Assembly (NCBI GenBank): GCA_963825055.1 | Contig: CAWGSK010000017.1 | Coordinates: 23,236-87,235, forward strand | Direction of reading: 5' to 3' | From: an uncultured Gemmatimonadales bacterium | Lineage (GTDB): Bacteria; Gemmatimonadota; Gemmatimonadetes; Gemmatimonadales; GWC2-71-9 | Length of the DNA: 64,000 bases | In this document: positions 40,017 to 50,155 of the stretch, piece after piece | Position numbering within the stretch: position 1 is the first letter of the stretch | How the letters are laid out: each line of letters opens with the position of its first letter | The notes under the pieces: generated by a model | The model's database searches: none | Seen by the model: only the letters and a program-made list of their open reading frames with translations | Told to the model about the DNA's origin: nothing | Made by a program: the position numbers and the translations under genes

Positions 40017-40250
40017 ACGGGGATCGGGGATCGGGAATCGGGCCCGCCTGACCGTGCTGATCACGCGGCTGAAGCCGCCTAGCGTTCGCTCGCGGCCGAG
40101 GAGCGGCGCCGCCGCTCCTGTGGGCCACATCGCTCACGTCCTGGTATTTCCTCCGGTCACTGCTCGGCTCGCCGTCGCCTGCGGGCGACGGTTATTTGTC
40201 GACCGCCCTGACCGCCCTGACCGCCCTGTCCGCCCTGTCCGCCTGCCCGC
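40017..40250. repeat. (GGGGATC)n arm, palindrome-rich core, (GACCGCCCT)n arm
   Basis: Core hairpins AGGAGCGGCG-C-CGCCGCTCCT and CCGTCGCC-TGCG-GGCGACGG. Confidence 0.7.
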
Positions 40251-40252
40251 CC

Positions 40253-41408
40253 TCACATCGGATACGCGTATCGCTCCAGCCACTGCAGGCCGTCGGCATC
40301 GGTCCGGGCGAGGTATACGCTTGTCCTGCCGAACGCCACGAGGCGCCGGTCGGCCGGCAGGATGACCCGTCGCAGGAGCACGCCGTTCCTGCCGAAGACA
40401 TCGTACGTGAGCGGCTCGCCCGCCGGACCGTAGCGCTCGACCCAGCCCTCGCCAGCGGGGCTCACCGACACGCCGCCGGCGCGGAAGGCCGGCTTGCTGT
40501 CGGGCCATTCGTAGCCGCTCAGGTCTTCGTCCCGCGGACGGCCACCGCGTCCGAGCGCGATGCTCCGGTTGCCGTTGTTGACTTCCACGGACACACTGAG
40601 CCCCGTCGAGGCGAGCTGGTCGACCCAGGCCTGCTTGTCCTTCTCACGGATCGGGACCGGCTTCCAGGCGACAGGCGTCCCACGCACCGTGCGCCCGTCT
40701 CGCAGGAGCCATTCGACGTGATAGTCGGCCGCGCGCACCAGGAAGACCGCGCCATCGTCGCCGACCGCCCAGCCATCGGATGGGCTGTACGGTACCGCAC
40801 GGAACTGCTGGCCCCGATTGTTCGGACCGCCGGTGGTGGTGACCTTTGTTGCGGGAAGGCCGACGCGGGCCACGGAATCGAACGAGGTCGCGCCGGGCGT
40901 CCACCGGACGACGGCCGCGCTGTCGCCGGTGGACGGTCCGCCGGGCCGGAAGTAGACACGGCCATTGCGGTCCGTGGCCTGCGGGAGGACGATGGTGAGC
41001 CCGCCCGGCCCGGCGCCGTCCATGGTGAGGCGGGTCGTGCGTCCCACGGCGCCGGCAGGGCCGAGGATGGACAACCGGGCATTCCCGAGGTCGACCAGCA
41101 GCGTCGAGTCACCGGGCCAGGCGAACAGCAGGTCGGGCAGCCGGTACTCGCCAGGCCCGCGGCCCTTCCGCCCGATCGGGCGTCATGCTGCCCTTGCCGA
41201 GGTCCACCACCGAGACCTGCTCGGCGATGCCGTCGCTCACCAGCACCCGGCCGCTGGGGAGTTCACGAATCCCGGAAATGGCGTCGAAGGATTTGTTCAC
41301 ACTGGCGGTCGGCGCGGTGAGCCGCACGGTCTTCGGGGCCGCCTGGGCGGCGAGGGCAGCGGGCACGGCGGCGAACAGCAGTACCACGATCGGACGATAG
41401 GACGGCAT
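40253..41408 (-). CDS. Secreted 6-bladed beta-propeller-like protein, frameshift near 41179
   Basis: Removing one base joins MPSYRPIVV...GKGSMTP to IGRKGRGPGEYRLP...; ends DADGLQWLERY. Confidence 0.75.
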
Positions 41409-41471
41409 CCGGTCTCCGGGGTGGGGGTCTGGGCTTTTGGATGCGTGAGGGGAGGGGAGGGTTGCAGGGGT

Positions 41472-41765
41472 GTCGAGGAGTCGAGGAGTCGAGGAGTCGA
41501 GGAGTCGAGGAGTCGCGGGGGCGATCCAGAGTGTTGTCATCCTGAGGGCCGTCAAGGCCCGAAGGATCTCGTCGGCCGCCCATCGAACTGCACCGGGCTT
41601 GCAAAGGCGTTCGATCCCGGGTTGGAAGATCCCTCGCTGGACGCTCGGGATGACACCGCTTCCTGACGCTACGCCGACCGCCCTGTTCTCGACCGCCCTG
41701 TTCCCGACCGCCCTGTTCCCGTCCGCCTGTCCGCCTGCCCGCCTGCCCGCCTGCCCGCCTGCCTA
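41472..41765. repeat. (GTCGAGGA)5 arm, REP-like inverted pair, C-rich (CCGCCTGC)n arm
   Basis: TGTCATCCTGAG...CGAAGGATCT (about 41537-41568) pairs with AGATCCCTCG...CTCGGGATGACA (about 41628-41655). Confidence 0.85.
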
Positions 41766-43928
41766 CTGCCCCTCCCTCACCGCCCTGATAATCTGAAACG
41801 GCGCGGGGTATTCGTGCAGCGGGCACCATGCCAGCGGTTCCGTTCCCTGTTCGAACGGTGCCAGGCTCACTTCGTCCTCGGGGCAATCCGGGCGGGCGAG
41901 GTATCCGGTCGACCGGTCGATCCGGACCCATGTAATGCCGGAGGGCTGGTCCCAGTCGGGGGCGTCGCGGTCCGCGTATTCCTGCTGCATGATTGCGGTC
42001 CAGACCGGGGCCGCGAGCCGGCCGCCCTGGGCGCCGGGGAAAATCGTCTCCCGGCGATCCATGCCGATCCAGACGCCGGTGACCAGGTCACGCGTGAAGC
42101 CGACGAACCAGACGTCCGCGTAGTCGTCGGATGTGCCGGTCTTCCCGCCGGCCGGCTGCCGGAAGCCCTGGCCGGTCACCGCGGAGTACGCGGTACCACG
42201 ACGCACGACGTCGCGCAGGGCCTGTGTCATGAGCCAGGCCTGGGCCTGATCCATGACTTCATGGCGGCGGGTGGCCGGTTCCCAGATGATGTTCCCGTCC
42301 CGGTCCTCCACCCGGAGAATGGCGCGTGGCTCCGAGCGCCAGCCATTGGCGGCGAACGCTGTATACGAGGCCACCAGCTCGATGGGCAGGACCTCCGCGG
42401 TGCCCAGCGCGATGGACGGCACCGCCGGGATGGGGGTGGTGATGCCGAAGCGGCGCGCCTCCGCCACCATGGCGCGCGGCCCGACGTCCATGCCCACCCG
42501 CGCGGTGACCACGTTGAGGGAGAGGTAGAGGCCCTCCCGGAGGCTGGCGGATTCCCGCTCGACCCTGTCGAAATTGCGGGGGCGCCACTCGGGTTCGTCC
42601 GCCCGCACGTCGGTCACGACAAACCCGGAGTCGCTCACCACCCGCGAGAGTGGCGCACCCTGCCGGAGCGCCGCCGAATAGACGAAGGGCTTGAAGGTGC
42701 TGCCCGGCTGCCGCAGCGCCTGGGTGGCGCGGTTGAACCGGTTGTCCGTGAAGTCGCGGCCGCCCACCATGGCCCGGATCGATCCGTCATTGGCGTCCAG
42801 GGTCAGCACCATGCCCTGGAGGTAGGGAGACGAACTCGAGCCTCCTGCGGTCCGGCCGGCGCGCAGGTAGTCGGCGTACGAGGGCCGACGGTAGTGGCCG
42901 TACCGTCCCCCCTCGATGCGCGTGAGTTGCCGCTCCAGCGCCGCCTCCGCTTCGTGCTGCCGGCGCAGGTCCAGGGTCGTGTAGATCCGGAGGCCATCGG
43001 TGTAGATGCGGTCGCCAAAACGCGCCTCTACGATCCGGCGGACATGTTCCACGAACCACGGCGCCTCCGTCCGCCCCCCGACTTCCGGCGCCAGCCGGAC
43101 CGGCCGGGCCTTCCAGCGGTCGGCGGCCTCCCGGTCGAGGTACCCGCTCCGGGCCATGAGGTCGATGACCAGGTTGCGGCGCTGGAGCGCGCGCGCCGGA
43201 TACCGCCGCGGGTTGTAGTAGGTCGGTGCCTTGGGCAGGGCGGCGATCAGCGCAGCCTCACCGACATCGAGGTCGGCCGCATGCTTGCCGAACAGGTCCC
43301 GCGCCGCGGCCTCCACGCCGAAGACCTCGCCGCCGAGCGGTATCTGGTTCAGGTAGAGTTCGAGGATGCGGGACTTGGTGAGGTGGTGTTCCAGGCCCCA
43401 CGCGACCTGCATCTCCCGGATCTTGCGCGCGAGCGACCGTTCCCGGCCTCCCAGCCGGTCGGGCCAGAGGTTTCGGGCCAGCTGCATGGTGATGGTGGAG
43501 AAGCCCTCGGCGTAGCGGAAGTGGACAACATTGGCCCACAGCGCGCCGAAGATGCGTGGATAGTCCACGCCGTGGTGGCGGTAGAATCGCCGGTCCTCGG
43601 TGGCGACGATGGCGGCCTGCATGGCCGGGCTGATCCCGTCCAGCGGCACGACGGTACGCTGCACGCCGAGGCGCGAGAGCACCTGTCCGTCGGCGGCGAG
43701 GATTTCGCTGCGCTCGTGCAATGAGAGCCGCGCGAGGACGCTCGACGTGGCGTCGCAACGGCCATGGGCGCAGGCCGCGATCCACGCGCCCAGGATGATC
43801 GCGAAGACCAGGGCCACGGAGCCCGTGGCGGCGGCGAGGGCACGCTGACGCCGGACCGGATCCGCCGTCCACCGCACCACCGCCCTCCGGCCCAGCCGCC
43901 AGCGCGCCCCCCATCGCATGTTCTGCAT
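41763..43928 (-). CDS. Class A penicillin-binding protein (PBP1A-type)
   Basis: TEDRRFY, GFSTITMQLARN, RKIRE, GSTFKPF (SxxK), SLN, KTG. Confidence 0.95.
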   Translation of the reverse strand: MQNMRWGARWRLGRRAVVRWTADPVRRQRALAAATGSVALVFAIILGAWIAACAHGRCDATSSVLARLSLHERSEILAADGQVLSRLGVQRTVVPLDGISPAMQAAIVATEDRRFYRHHGVDYPRIFGALWANVVHFRYAEGFSTITMQLARNLWPDRLGGRERSLARKIREMQVAWGLEHHLTKSRILELYLNQIPLGGEVFGVEAAARDLFGKHAADLDVGEAALIAALPKAPTYYNPRRYPARALQRRNLVIDLMARSGYLDREAADRWKARPVRLAPEVGGRTEAPWFVEHVRRIVEARFGDRIYTDGLRIYTTLDLRRQHEAEAALERQLTRIEGGRYGHYRRPSYADYLRAGRTAGGSSSSPYLQGMVLTLDANDGSIRAMVGGRDFTDNRFNRATQALRQPGSTFKPFVYSAALRQGAPLSRVVSDSGFVVTDVRADEPEWRPRNFDRVERESASLREGLYLSLNVVTARVGMDVGPRAMVAEARRFGITTPIPAVPSIALGTAEVLPIELVASYTAFAANGWRSEPRAILRVEDRDGNIIWEPATRRHEVMDQAQAWLMTQALRDVVRRGTAYSAVTGQGFRQPAGGKTGTSDDYADVWFVGFTRDLVTGVWIGMDRRETIFPGAQGGRLAAPVWTAIMQQEYADRDAPDWDQPSGITWVRIDRSTGYLARPDCPEDEVSLAPFEQGTEPLAWCPLHEYPAPFQIIRAVREGQ

Positions 43929-43994
43929 ACCATACTATGGGGGGCGCGCTGTTTCCGGGCGATGATGCGGCTCACCTGCCGGGAGGGGGCTGGG

Positions 43995-45782
43995 TCACGG
44001 CGGGCCGGCGTCCTCCACCAGCAGCCACCCGGCGATCCAGTCGACCACGGGGGGGTCGCCTTCCCGGACGTTGAGGTCGGTGATCCGGAGTTCGGCGGTC
44101 ACCCCGGCGCTGGATCGTCTCACCCGCAGGTCGGTCCGGCTCGTGTCCGGCCGGGGAAATCCCGACGCCCGGAGGTCGGTCACGATGGAGTCCACCGGGA
44201 GGCGAAGGACGAGCGCGCCGTCCCGGAGCAGGTGGTAGCTGGAGGTCGCGCTGTCCCAGGCGGCAACCATTCCGGGGGCCACCCGCGCGGTATCCCGCCG
44301 TGCCCGCTCCAGGGGGGTGAGCCAGGTGAAACCGGCCAGGTCCACCGGCCCCCGCGGTGCGGCCACGTTCCAGCTGAGCCGCCCCTCGCCCGGCATCTCA
44401 TAGCGCTGCACGTAGTCGAGCCCGAGTGCCGCCATGATGGCCTGCGCGTGATAGTCGCCGGTGCGCCGTACGGGGAGGGAGTCGGTGACGCGGAGGGTGT
44501 CGTTGAACAGCGGCTGGACCGCGTCGAGCCCATGGGTTCCGGTCAGGTAGCGGAGAGTGGCGGCAATCTCCCGGCGGTCCTCGAAGGACACGGGAGCTGC
44601 CGGCTTGCGTACCGTGCCGTCTTCCAGCATGGCATTCCGCTCGAGGATCGTCACAAGACGGTGGCGCTGGCTTCGCTCGGAGACGCGGTAGGCTCCCCAG
44701 GGGCCCGCAAACGTGATCAGCGCCAGCCCCAGCAGGGACGCCGGGATGAGCCTGATGTCCTGGCTGCGGCGAATCCCGTAATAGAGGGCAATGCCCGTGA
44801 GCCAGAGCGAGAGCACGGCGAGGAAGTACCGCTGCTCGGTCACGCCGTACTGGCCGATCCGCTTGCCGATGGCGAGCCAGAGCATCCCGAGGGACGGCAG
44901 CAGTGCCAGGTAGAACCCCCGGGCGAACGTGCTGATCCAGCGGTTTTCCTTGCGGGTGGCGATCGGGTACACCAGCAACAGGGCCAGGATCCCGACCACG
45001 GCCACGCAGGAGACCAGCCACCCGATCCAGCCGCTGGGCCAGACGCGGGTGACGATGATCTTGATCATGTAGGTCGTGAGGATGGCGATGTACACCACCA
45101 CGATCGGAATCAGCACGTACTGGGCGAACGGCTTGAGTCCCGGCGGGTAGGCGGATTCCCCCTCCAGCGCGTCGAGCCGCTCCGGTACCCCCGCCAGGAA
45201 AAACCACGTATTGAAGAGGATGCCCACCGTCAGGACCAGCCGGACGTAGGTATCGCCGCTGACGTCCACGCCCAGCAGCTTGTCGATGGCCCCGAGGGCA
45301 AGCGCGAGCCCGAGAACGAGGACGAACGAATAGAGCGCCGCGGTCAGGAACCGGGTGAACAGGGCCAGGTTGAATTGCCAGAATCCGTTGAGCTGCCGGT
45401 CCCCCAGCCAGGGGAGCACCGCGACCATGAGATGGAAAGCGACGGCGAGCTGCACCGAGCGGCTGGCCCGCACGGGGTCGGTCCAGTCCGGCCAGGCCAG
45501 GAAATAGGAGGCCAGCACGCCGGCACCCGCTGCCACGACCAGGATCCTGACGGCCGTCGTGCTGCGGCGCCGTTCCGAGGTGAACGCGAGCGCCGTGAAG
45601 AGCGGGATGCCCAGCAGGGCCATGAGCAGGAGGCGGAGTCCATGCTGGCCGTCGGTACCGACGAGCCGGTATCCGGCGATGGTCGCGACGAGGGCCGAAA
45701 CGAGTGTTGCGGGGAATCGCTGCAGGGTACGTGCGGCGCTGGTGAGCAGCACCTCAACGGAAGGCAGTCGCATTGGCGGCAC
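43995..45782 (-). CDS. DUF4153-family polytopic membrane protein
   Basis: About 10 TM segments; RIGQYGVTEQRY, GPWGAYRVSERSQ. Confidence 0.8.
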   Translation of the reverse strand: MPPMRLPSVEVLLTSAARTLQRFPATLVSALVATIAGYRLVGTDGQHGLRLLLMALLGIPLFTALAFTSERRRSTTAVRILVVAAGAGVLASYFLAWPDWTDPVRASRSVQLAVAFHLMVAVLPWLGDRQLNGFWQFNLALFTRFLTAALYSFVLVLGLALALGAIDKLLGVDVSGDTYVRLVLTVGILFNTWFFLAGVPERLDALEGESAYPPGLKPFAQYVLIPIVVVYIAILTTYMIKIIVTRVWPSGWIGWLVSCVAVVGILALLLVYPIATRKENRWISTFARGFYLALLPSLGMLWLAIGKRIGQYGVTEQRYFLAVLSLWLTGIALYYGIRRSQDIRLIPASLLGLALITFAGPWGAYRVSERSQRHRLVTILERNAMLEDGTVRKPAAPVSFEDRREIAATLRYLTGTHGLDAVQPLFNDTLRVTDSLPVRRTGDYHAQAIMAALGLDYVQRYEMPGEGRLSWNVAAPRGPVDLAGFTWLTPLERARRDTARVAPGMVAAWDSATSSYHLLRDGALVLRLPVDSIVTDLRASGFPRPDTSRTDLRVRRSSAGVTAELRITDLNVREGDPPVVDWIAGWLLVEDAGPP

Positions 45783-45833
45783 GCCCGTCTCTATGAAGGA
45801 TGTGGGCTAACGTGCGGCCGGGACCACGGCTGG

Positions 45834-46496
45834 TCAAGGGTCCGGTGGTATCGGCTCCCCGTCGTCCGTGGCGAGTTCCATCAGGAGGGCGAAGCGGATC
45901 AGGCCCCCATCCGACTCGATTCCCAGTGTCCGGCGGATGTTCCGCCGGTGGAAATGTACGGTATGCACGCTGACGCCGAGTTCGTCCGCGATCTCCTCGG
46001 ACGAGCGGCCCGCGGCGATCGACCGCATGATGGCCTGCTGGCGCGGCGTGAGACGATGCCAGGCCCGGGACGTGGGGCTGGTCGGGCCCGCCCCCGAATG
46101 CGGGTGAATGCGGGGCGAGAGGTAGGTTTCCCCCCGGATGACCCGTTCGATGGCCTCGGCGAGTTCGTCCACCCCGCAGTCCTTCGGCATGAAGCCAAGC
46201 GCGCCGAGCGAGAACGCCGCCTTCGCGAGCACGTAGTCCGTGTGCATGGTGACCACCAGGATCGCGGTTCCTGGGGCCTCGCGACGCACCTCGGGGATCA
46301 GGTCGAGGCCGTTCCGCCCCGGGAGGGAGAGGTCGAGCACCAGCACGTCGGGACGGTGCTCGCGGACGGCCGCCGGGACGGCCGTGCCATCCCGGACCGG
46401 CCCCGTCACCTCGTACATGGTCGCGAGCAGGGCCCGGAGCCCCTGTCCGACCATCTCATGGTCTTCCGCGAGCAGGAGGTGCTTTCGTGATGTCAT
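45834..46496 (-). CDS. NarL/LuxR-family response regulator
   Basis: LAEDH, VLDLSLP, FMPK, LTPRQ...IADELGVSVHTVHFHRRNI. Confidence 0.95.
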   Translation of the reverse strand: MTSRKHLLLAEDHEMVGQGLRALLATMYEVTGPVRDGTAVPAAVREHRPDVLVLDLSLPGRNGLDLIPEVRREAPGTAILVVTMHTDYVLAKAAFSLGALGFMPKDCGVDELAEAIERVIRGETYLSPRIHPHSGAGPTSPTSRAWHRLTPRQQAIMRSIAAGRSSEEIADELGVSVHTVHFHRRNIRRTLGIESDGGLIRFALLMELATDDGEPIPPDP

Positions 46497-47266
46497 GCGC
46501 GCTCCCTGAGCGGGAATGAGGCGACGATGCTGGTGCCCTCACCGGGAATGGATTCAACGCCCGTCGTGCCGCCGAGCTGGCGGACCCGCTCCTGCATCGT
46601 GAGCAGGCCCAGACCGGTCGCGTCCATGCCCTCGGTCGAACGGGCCCCCACCTCGAAGCCCCGCCCCCGGTCGCTGACGGTCAGGTCGACACGGTCCTTC
46701 AGTTGGACGACCCTCACGGCCGCCTCCTGCACTCCGGAGTGGAGGGCCACGTTCCGGATGGCTTCCTGGGTAACGCGATACAGGGCCAGGGCCACCGGGC
46801 CGGGAACATCGCCCTCCAGGGCGACGTCGAGGGTGACGTGAAGGCCATGCAGTTCAAGCGCCTCGCCGGCGAGCTGCTCCAGGCTGACCCGCAGTCCACC
46901 GTGGTCCAGCGTGGCGGGATGGAGCCGGTGGGCGAGCTGGCGGAGCGCCACGCTCAGGTCCACGATCTCCTCCTCGAGCCCCCGCATTCGCCGTCGCTGG
47001 GCTTCCGGCAGATCGGGCGCCGCACTCAGGCAAAGCGAAACCTCATGGCGCAGCACCGCAAGCCGCTGAACCGCGTCATCGTGCACCTCGCGCGCCACCC
47101 ATGCGCGTTCCTCCTCCTGGACGTCCAGGAGGCGCTGCCCATAGGTGCGATGCAGCCCCCTGAACCGGCGCTGGGCAATGACCAGCGCGGTGCCGAGGGC
47201 CGCAAGCATGACCGTCAGGCCGATGGCAAAGACGACGAAGAACGTTTCGAGCGGCGTGGTGTCCAC
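46493..47266 (-). CDS. HisKA_3 histidine kinase with one TM and no sensor domain
   Basis: EERAWVAREVHD, QEAIRNVALHS, DRGRGF, GLGLLTMQERV. Confidence 0.93.
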   Translation of the reverse strand: MDTTPLETFFVVFAIGLTVMLAALGTALVIAQRRFRGLHRTYGQRLLDVQEEERAWVAREVHDDAVQRLAVLRHEVSLCLSAAPDLPEAQRRRMRGLEEEIVDLSVALRQLAHRLHPATLDHGGLRVSLEQLAGEALELHGLHVTLDVALEGDVPGPVALALYRVTQEAIRNVALHSGVQEAAVRVVQLKDRVDLTVSDRGRGFEVGARSTEGMDATGLGLLTMQERVRQLGGTTGVESIPGEGTSIVASFPLRERA

Positions 47267-47892
47267 GGGCGGGACATCCCCCAGGCGATCGTGAGATAGG
47301 AAAACATGAACAGGATCGACCGGAGACTGAAGATCAGCACGAGCGCCGCGCGATCGTCGCCGGCGAGGAGTGCGGCCGGTTCATAGGCAGCCAGTGCGAT
47401 CGCGTAGCCCGCGAGGCCGATACACGTCCAGAACCAGTCGGTGGTCTGGTGCGCCCGGGTGGCCGGCCCGAACGACCGCCGCAGGAGGGTCCAGAGCGCC
47501 ACAGTCAGCAGGACCACCGCGTCGAGCGGTGAGGCGAACCGGCTGAAGTTAGTGAGGTCTTCCAGGCGGAGGGCAACAAACAACCGGACCGCGAGATAGA
47601 ACGGGATCGTGACGCGGATGGTGATCCGTTCCGGAGCCGTGAGTTGCCACTGCGAGAGGCCCACGAGCACGCAGGCCCCGGTCAGCGGGGAGGCGAAGTA
47701 GTCGATCCAGAGGTTGTTGGTCCGATGGATTGCCAGCCAGACCCCGAGGAGGTCGGCCAGGAAGTTGATCAGGAACCCGGCCCCGATCCAGAGTCGCGCG
47801 CGGGTCCGCTGGCGCTGGAGCGCCACGGCCAGCGGCACGAGGCCGCCGGCCGTGATGCTCACCAGGAACAGGACGATGATCGGAGTGATCAC
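47215..47892 (-). CDS. Polytopic membrane protein (about 7 TM)
   Basis: Hydrophobic throughout; NNLWI, FWTCIGL; SD-like sequence weak; overlaps kinase start. Confidence 0.8.
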   Translation of the reverse strand: MITPIIVLFLVSITAGGLVPLAVALQRQRTRARLWIGAGFLINFLADLLGVWLAIHRTNNLWIDYFASPLTGACVLVGLSQWQLTAPERITIRVTIPFYLAVRLFVALRLEDLTNFSRFASPLDAVVLLTVALWTLLRRSFGPATRAHQTTDWFWTCIGLAGYAIALAAYEPAALLAGDDRAALVLIFSLRSILFMFSYLTIAWGMSRPWTPRRSKRSSSSLPSA

Positions 47893-47904
47893 GGCCCAGG
47901 AGGC

Positions 47905-48129
47905 TCAGGCCGCCGTGGCGACATGGTCATGGACACCGTCCTGAGTCAGGGCACTCGAAGGCGAACAGAACGGCGGACAGGGCCACCCCTCCTGAAGCAG
48001 TGCGCCGGCGGTCTGGTCCTCACCGTGAGCATTCACCCCCACCAGCACGAGATGCAGGGCGCCGGCGCTGTCGTGCCCGGGATAGATCCGAACCGCGGCG
48101 CAGCCGGCCTGGTCCAGCATGGCCGCCAC
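47905..48129 (-). CDS. Small PCPPxC-motif protein, possibly N-terminally truncated
   Basis: QAGCAAVRIYPG...LVLVGVN...GED...PCPPFCSPSSAL; frame stays open upstream (GGLFHRAPV) into a repeat tract. Confidence 0.7.
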   Translation of the reverse strand: MAAMLDQAGCAAVRIYPGHDSAGALHLVLVGVNAHGEDQTAGALLQEGWPCPPFCSPSSALTQDGVHDHVATAA

Positions 48130-48172
48130 CGGCGCCCGGTGGAACAGTCCCCCTCCTCCGCCACCCCCTTCC

Positions 48173-48250
48173 GGGCGGACAGGGCGGACAGGCGGACAGG
48201 GCGGACAGGCGGACAGGCGGACAGGCGGACAGGCGGACAGGCGGACAGGC
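48173..48250. repeat. (GGCGGACA)n tract
   Basis: Read directly. Confidence 0.9.
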
Positions 48251-48365
48251 CGACGTTCGAACTGTTGCGCGAGTGCCCTATCAAGACTGGCAGCTTGTAA
48301 GCCTCTGTCTCACCCATAAATACTAAAGCCGTTCGGTATTCGAGCTACCCCGACCGGTCCCAGTC

Positions 48366-48656
48366 ATGAGCCTGCGCTTTCACATACAGTTCATTCGTCG
48401 TCACGCCTCGGAGGGCGGGCAACCGGAAATTACCCACATCGGCGGACGGCACCCGGACGGCGGAAGGTGGACGCTGACCCGGGAGGAGGCCATCCGCGCC
48501 ATCGAGGGCGGCGCGTGGCAGTTCTATGTCAGTCGGGGCTCCAAGTCTGCCGACGTCATCGTGGTGGAACGGGATGGCCGGAAGGTACTCGAGACCAATG
48601 CCGGTGGAACTGCCGCGCACGACCTGAGCCTCGCCCGGTTCGACACCGGAGACTGA
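48366..48656 (+). CDS. DUF3892-like protein
   Basis: ITHIGG...WTLTREEAIRAIE...FYV...GRKVLET...DLSL. Confidence 0.75.
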   Translation: MSLRFHIQFIRRHASEGGQPEITHIGGRHPDGGRWTLTREEAIRAIEGGAWQFYVSRGSKSADVIVVERDGRKVLETNAGGTAAHDLSLARFDTGD

Positions 48657-48817
48657 CCCGGAGGGGCCGCCCCCGGGAAGCGGGAACGTTCCGCTACATT
48701 TCCTGCACACATCCTGCGTCCAGAGTCCGGGCGGACCGCATTCCAATGCGCCGCCCGGCGCACTGGCGCTACGCGCCCGGGAGGACATGACAGCGGGACG
48801 AAAGGAGGCGACTGCCG

Positions 48818-50140
48818 ATGGATTCCGTGCCGCAAACACGGAACGCAGTGCCGTTGCTCTTCGGGTTGGCGTTCATCCTGTGTGCCACTCAGGCTGCCGC
48901 CCAGGCCGCTGACCCGGACGATGTCGAGGCGCTGGATGGATCCTTCCTTCTCCGGACCGGCGAGGTCGTTACCGGCGGGTACATGGTCGAAGGGGGCGCC
49001 TTCTGGGTCTACATGGACACCGGGGGGCTGGAACGCGGCGGGCTGTTCGACCGTGCCGGTGATACCCTGGTCTCGCGTATACCGCCCGGCGGGGCCGTGC
49101 GGATCGTGTTCCATCGGGGACCGAACGGCCAGTACGACCAGCTCACCTGGACCGAAAACGGCCACGACATCAGCGGCCAGCGCGTCTACCCGCACGACTC
49201 CCGCCCGGTCCACTACACATCCAGTGATGGCACGGAGCTGCACGGGCGTCTGCTGACGCCACGCTGCCCCGGACCGCATCCTGCGGTGGTCATGGTGCAC
49301 GGCTCCGGGCCGGCCAACCGCTATGGCGGCACATTTCACATGTTCCTGCTGAAGCGTGGCATGGCGGTGCTCGCCTACGACAAGCGCGGCTACACGTCGG
49401 ACCCGGCAGCATGGCACGAGCCCGACCTTGCCGAGATGTCGGCCGATGCGGCCGCGGGCGTCGAGTTCCTGGCCCGTCTGCCGGAGATCGATGCCCAACG
49501 GGTCGGCCTGTGGGGCAGCAGCCAGGGCGGCTGGACGGTGCCGCCGGCGGCGCTCGCCGCGCCGCATGCGGCCTACATGATCCTCCGTGCCGGCGCGGCC
49601 CTCACCGAGGCCGAGACGAACCTGCACGAGATCCGTCAGGAGCTGCCGGCGGAGGGGCTCCACGGGCTCGACCTCGACAACGCGATCGCCCTGCGCCGTG
49701 AGATCTACCGACTGGCGATGGGGGGCGCTCCGATCTCGGCCGCGGACTCACTCGTCGCTCCCTACCTGAACGAGCCGTGGTATCGTGCGGCGTTCGGCGA
49801 CGGACCAATCAGCGCGATCTGGTCGGAGCGCTGGTGGGGCTGGATGCAGCGGAACATGGCCGTGGAGTCGGCCTCGGCCGTGGCACGGTTCGATGGCCCG
49901 ATCCTCTGGTTTCTTGGCGAGCGGGACGAGGCGGTGCCGTTCGTCGCCACACGTGCCGCCGTGGAGCGCGCCTTCGCACGTGCCCCTGGTGACGACCATG
50001 AGCTCGTGACGGTGCCGGGGGCCCCACACTCGTTTCTCGTCCAGCAGGAAGACGGGTCGCTGCGATACGCCGAGGGCGTCTTCGACCGGATGGAGGAATG
50101 GCTGGCGGCACGCGGCTTCACCGACGAATCGTGCTGGTAG
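48818..50140 (+). CDS. Secreted alpha/beta hydrolase (S9/S15-like)
   Basis: VHGSGP, YDKRG, GSSQGGW, GERDEAVP, GAPHSF; SD AGGAGG. Confidence 0.88.
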   Translation: MDSVPQTRNAVPLLFGLAFILCATQAAAQAADPDDVEALDGSFLLRTGEVVTGGYMVEGGAFWVYMDTGGLERGGLFDRAGDTLVSRIPPGGAVRIVFHRGPNGQYDQLTWTENGHDISGQRVYPHDSRPVHYTSSDGTELHGRLLTPRCPGPHPAVVMVHGSGPANRYGGTFHMFLLKRGMAVLAYDKRGYTSDPAAWHEPDLAEMSADAAAGVEFLARLPEIDAQRVGLWGSSQGGWTVPPAALAAPHAAYMILRAGAALTEAETNLHEIRQELPAEGLHGLDLDNAIALRREIYRLAMGGAPISAADSLVAPYLNEPWYRAAFGDGPISAIWSERWWGWMQRNMAVESASAVARFDGPILWFLGERDEAVPFVATRAAVERAFARAPGDDHELVTVPGAPHSFLVQQEDGSLRYAEGVFDRMEEWLAARGFTDESCW

Positions 50141-50155
50141 GCCGGGCGCCCTCCG

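Noticed and set aside
43764..46490. 908-aa plus-strand ORF (likewise 31006-33465, 41814-43724 and 7307-8920)
   Set aside because: Antisense to well-supported genes; no recognisable domains.
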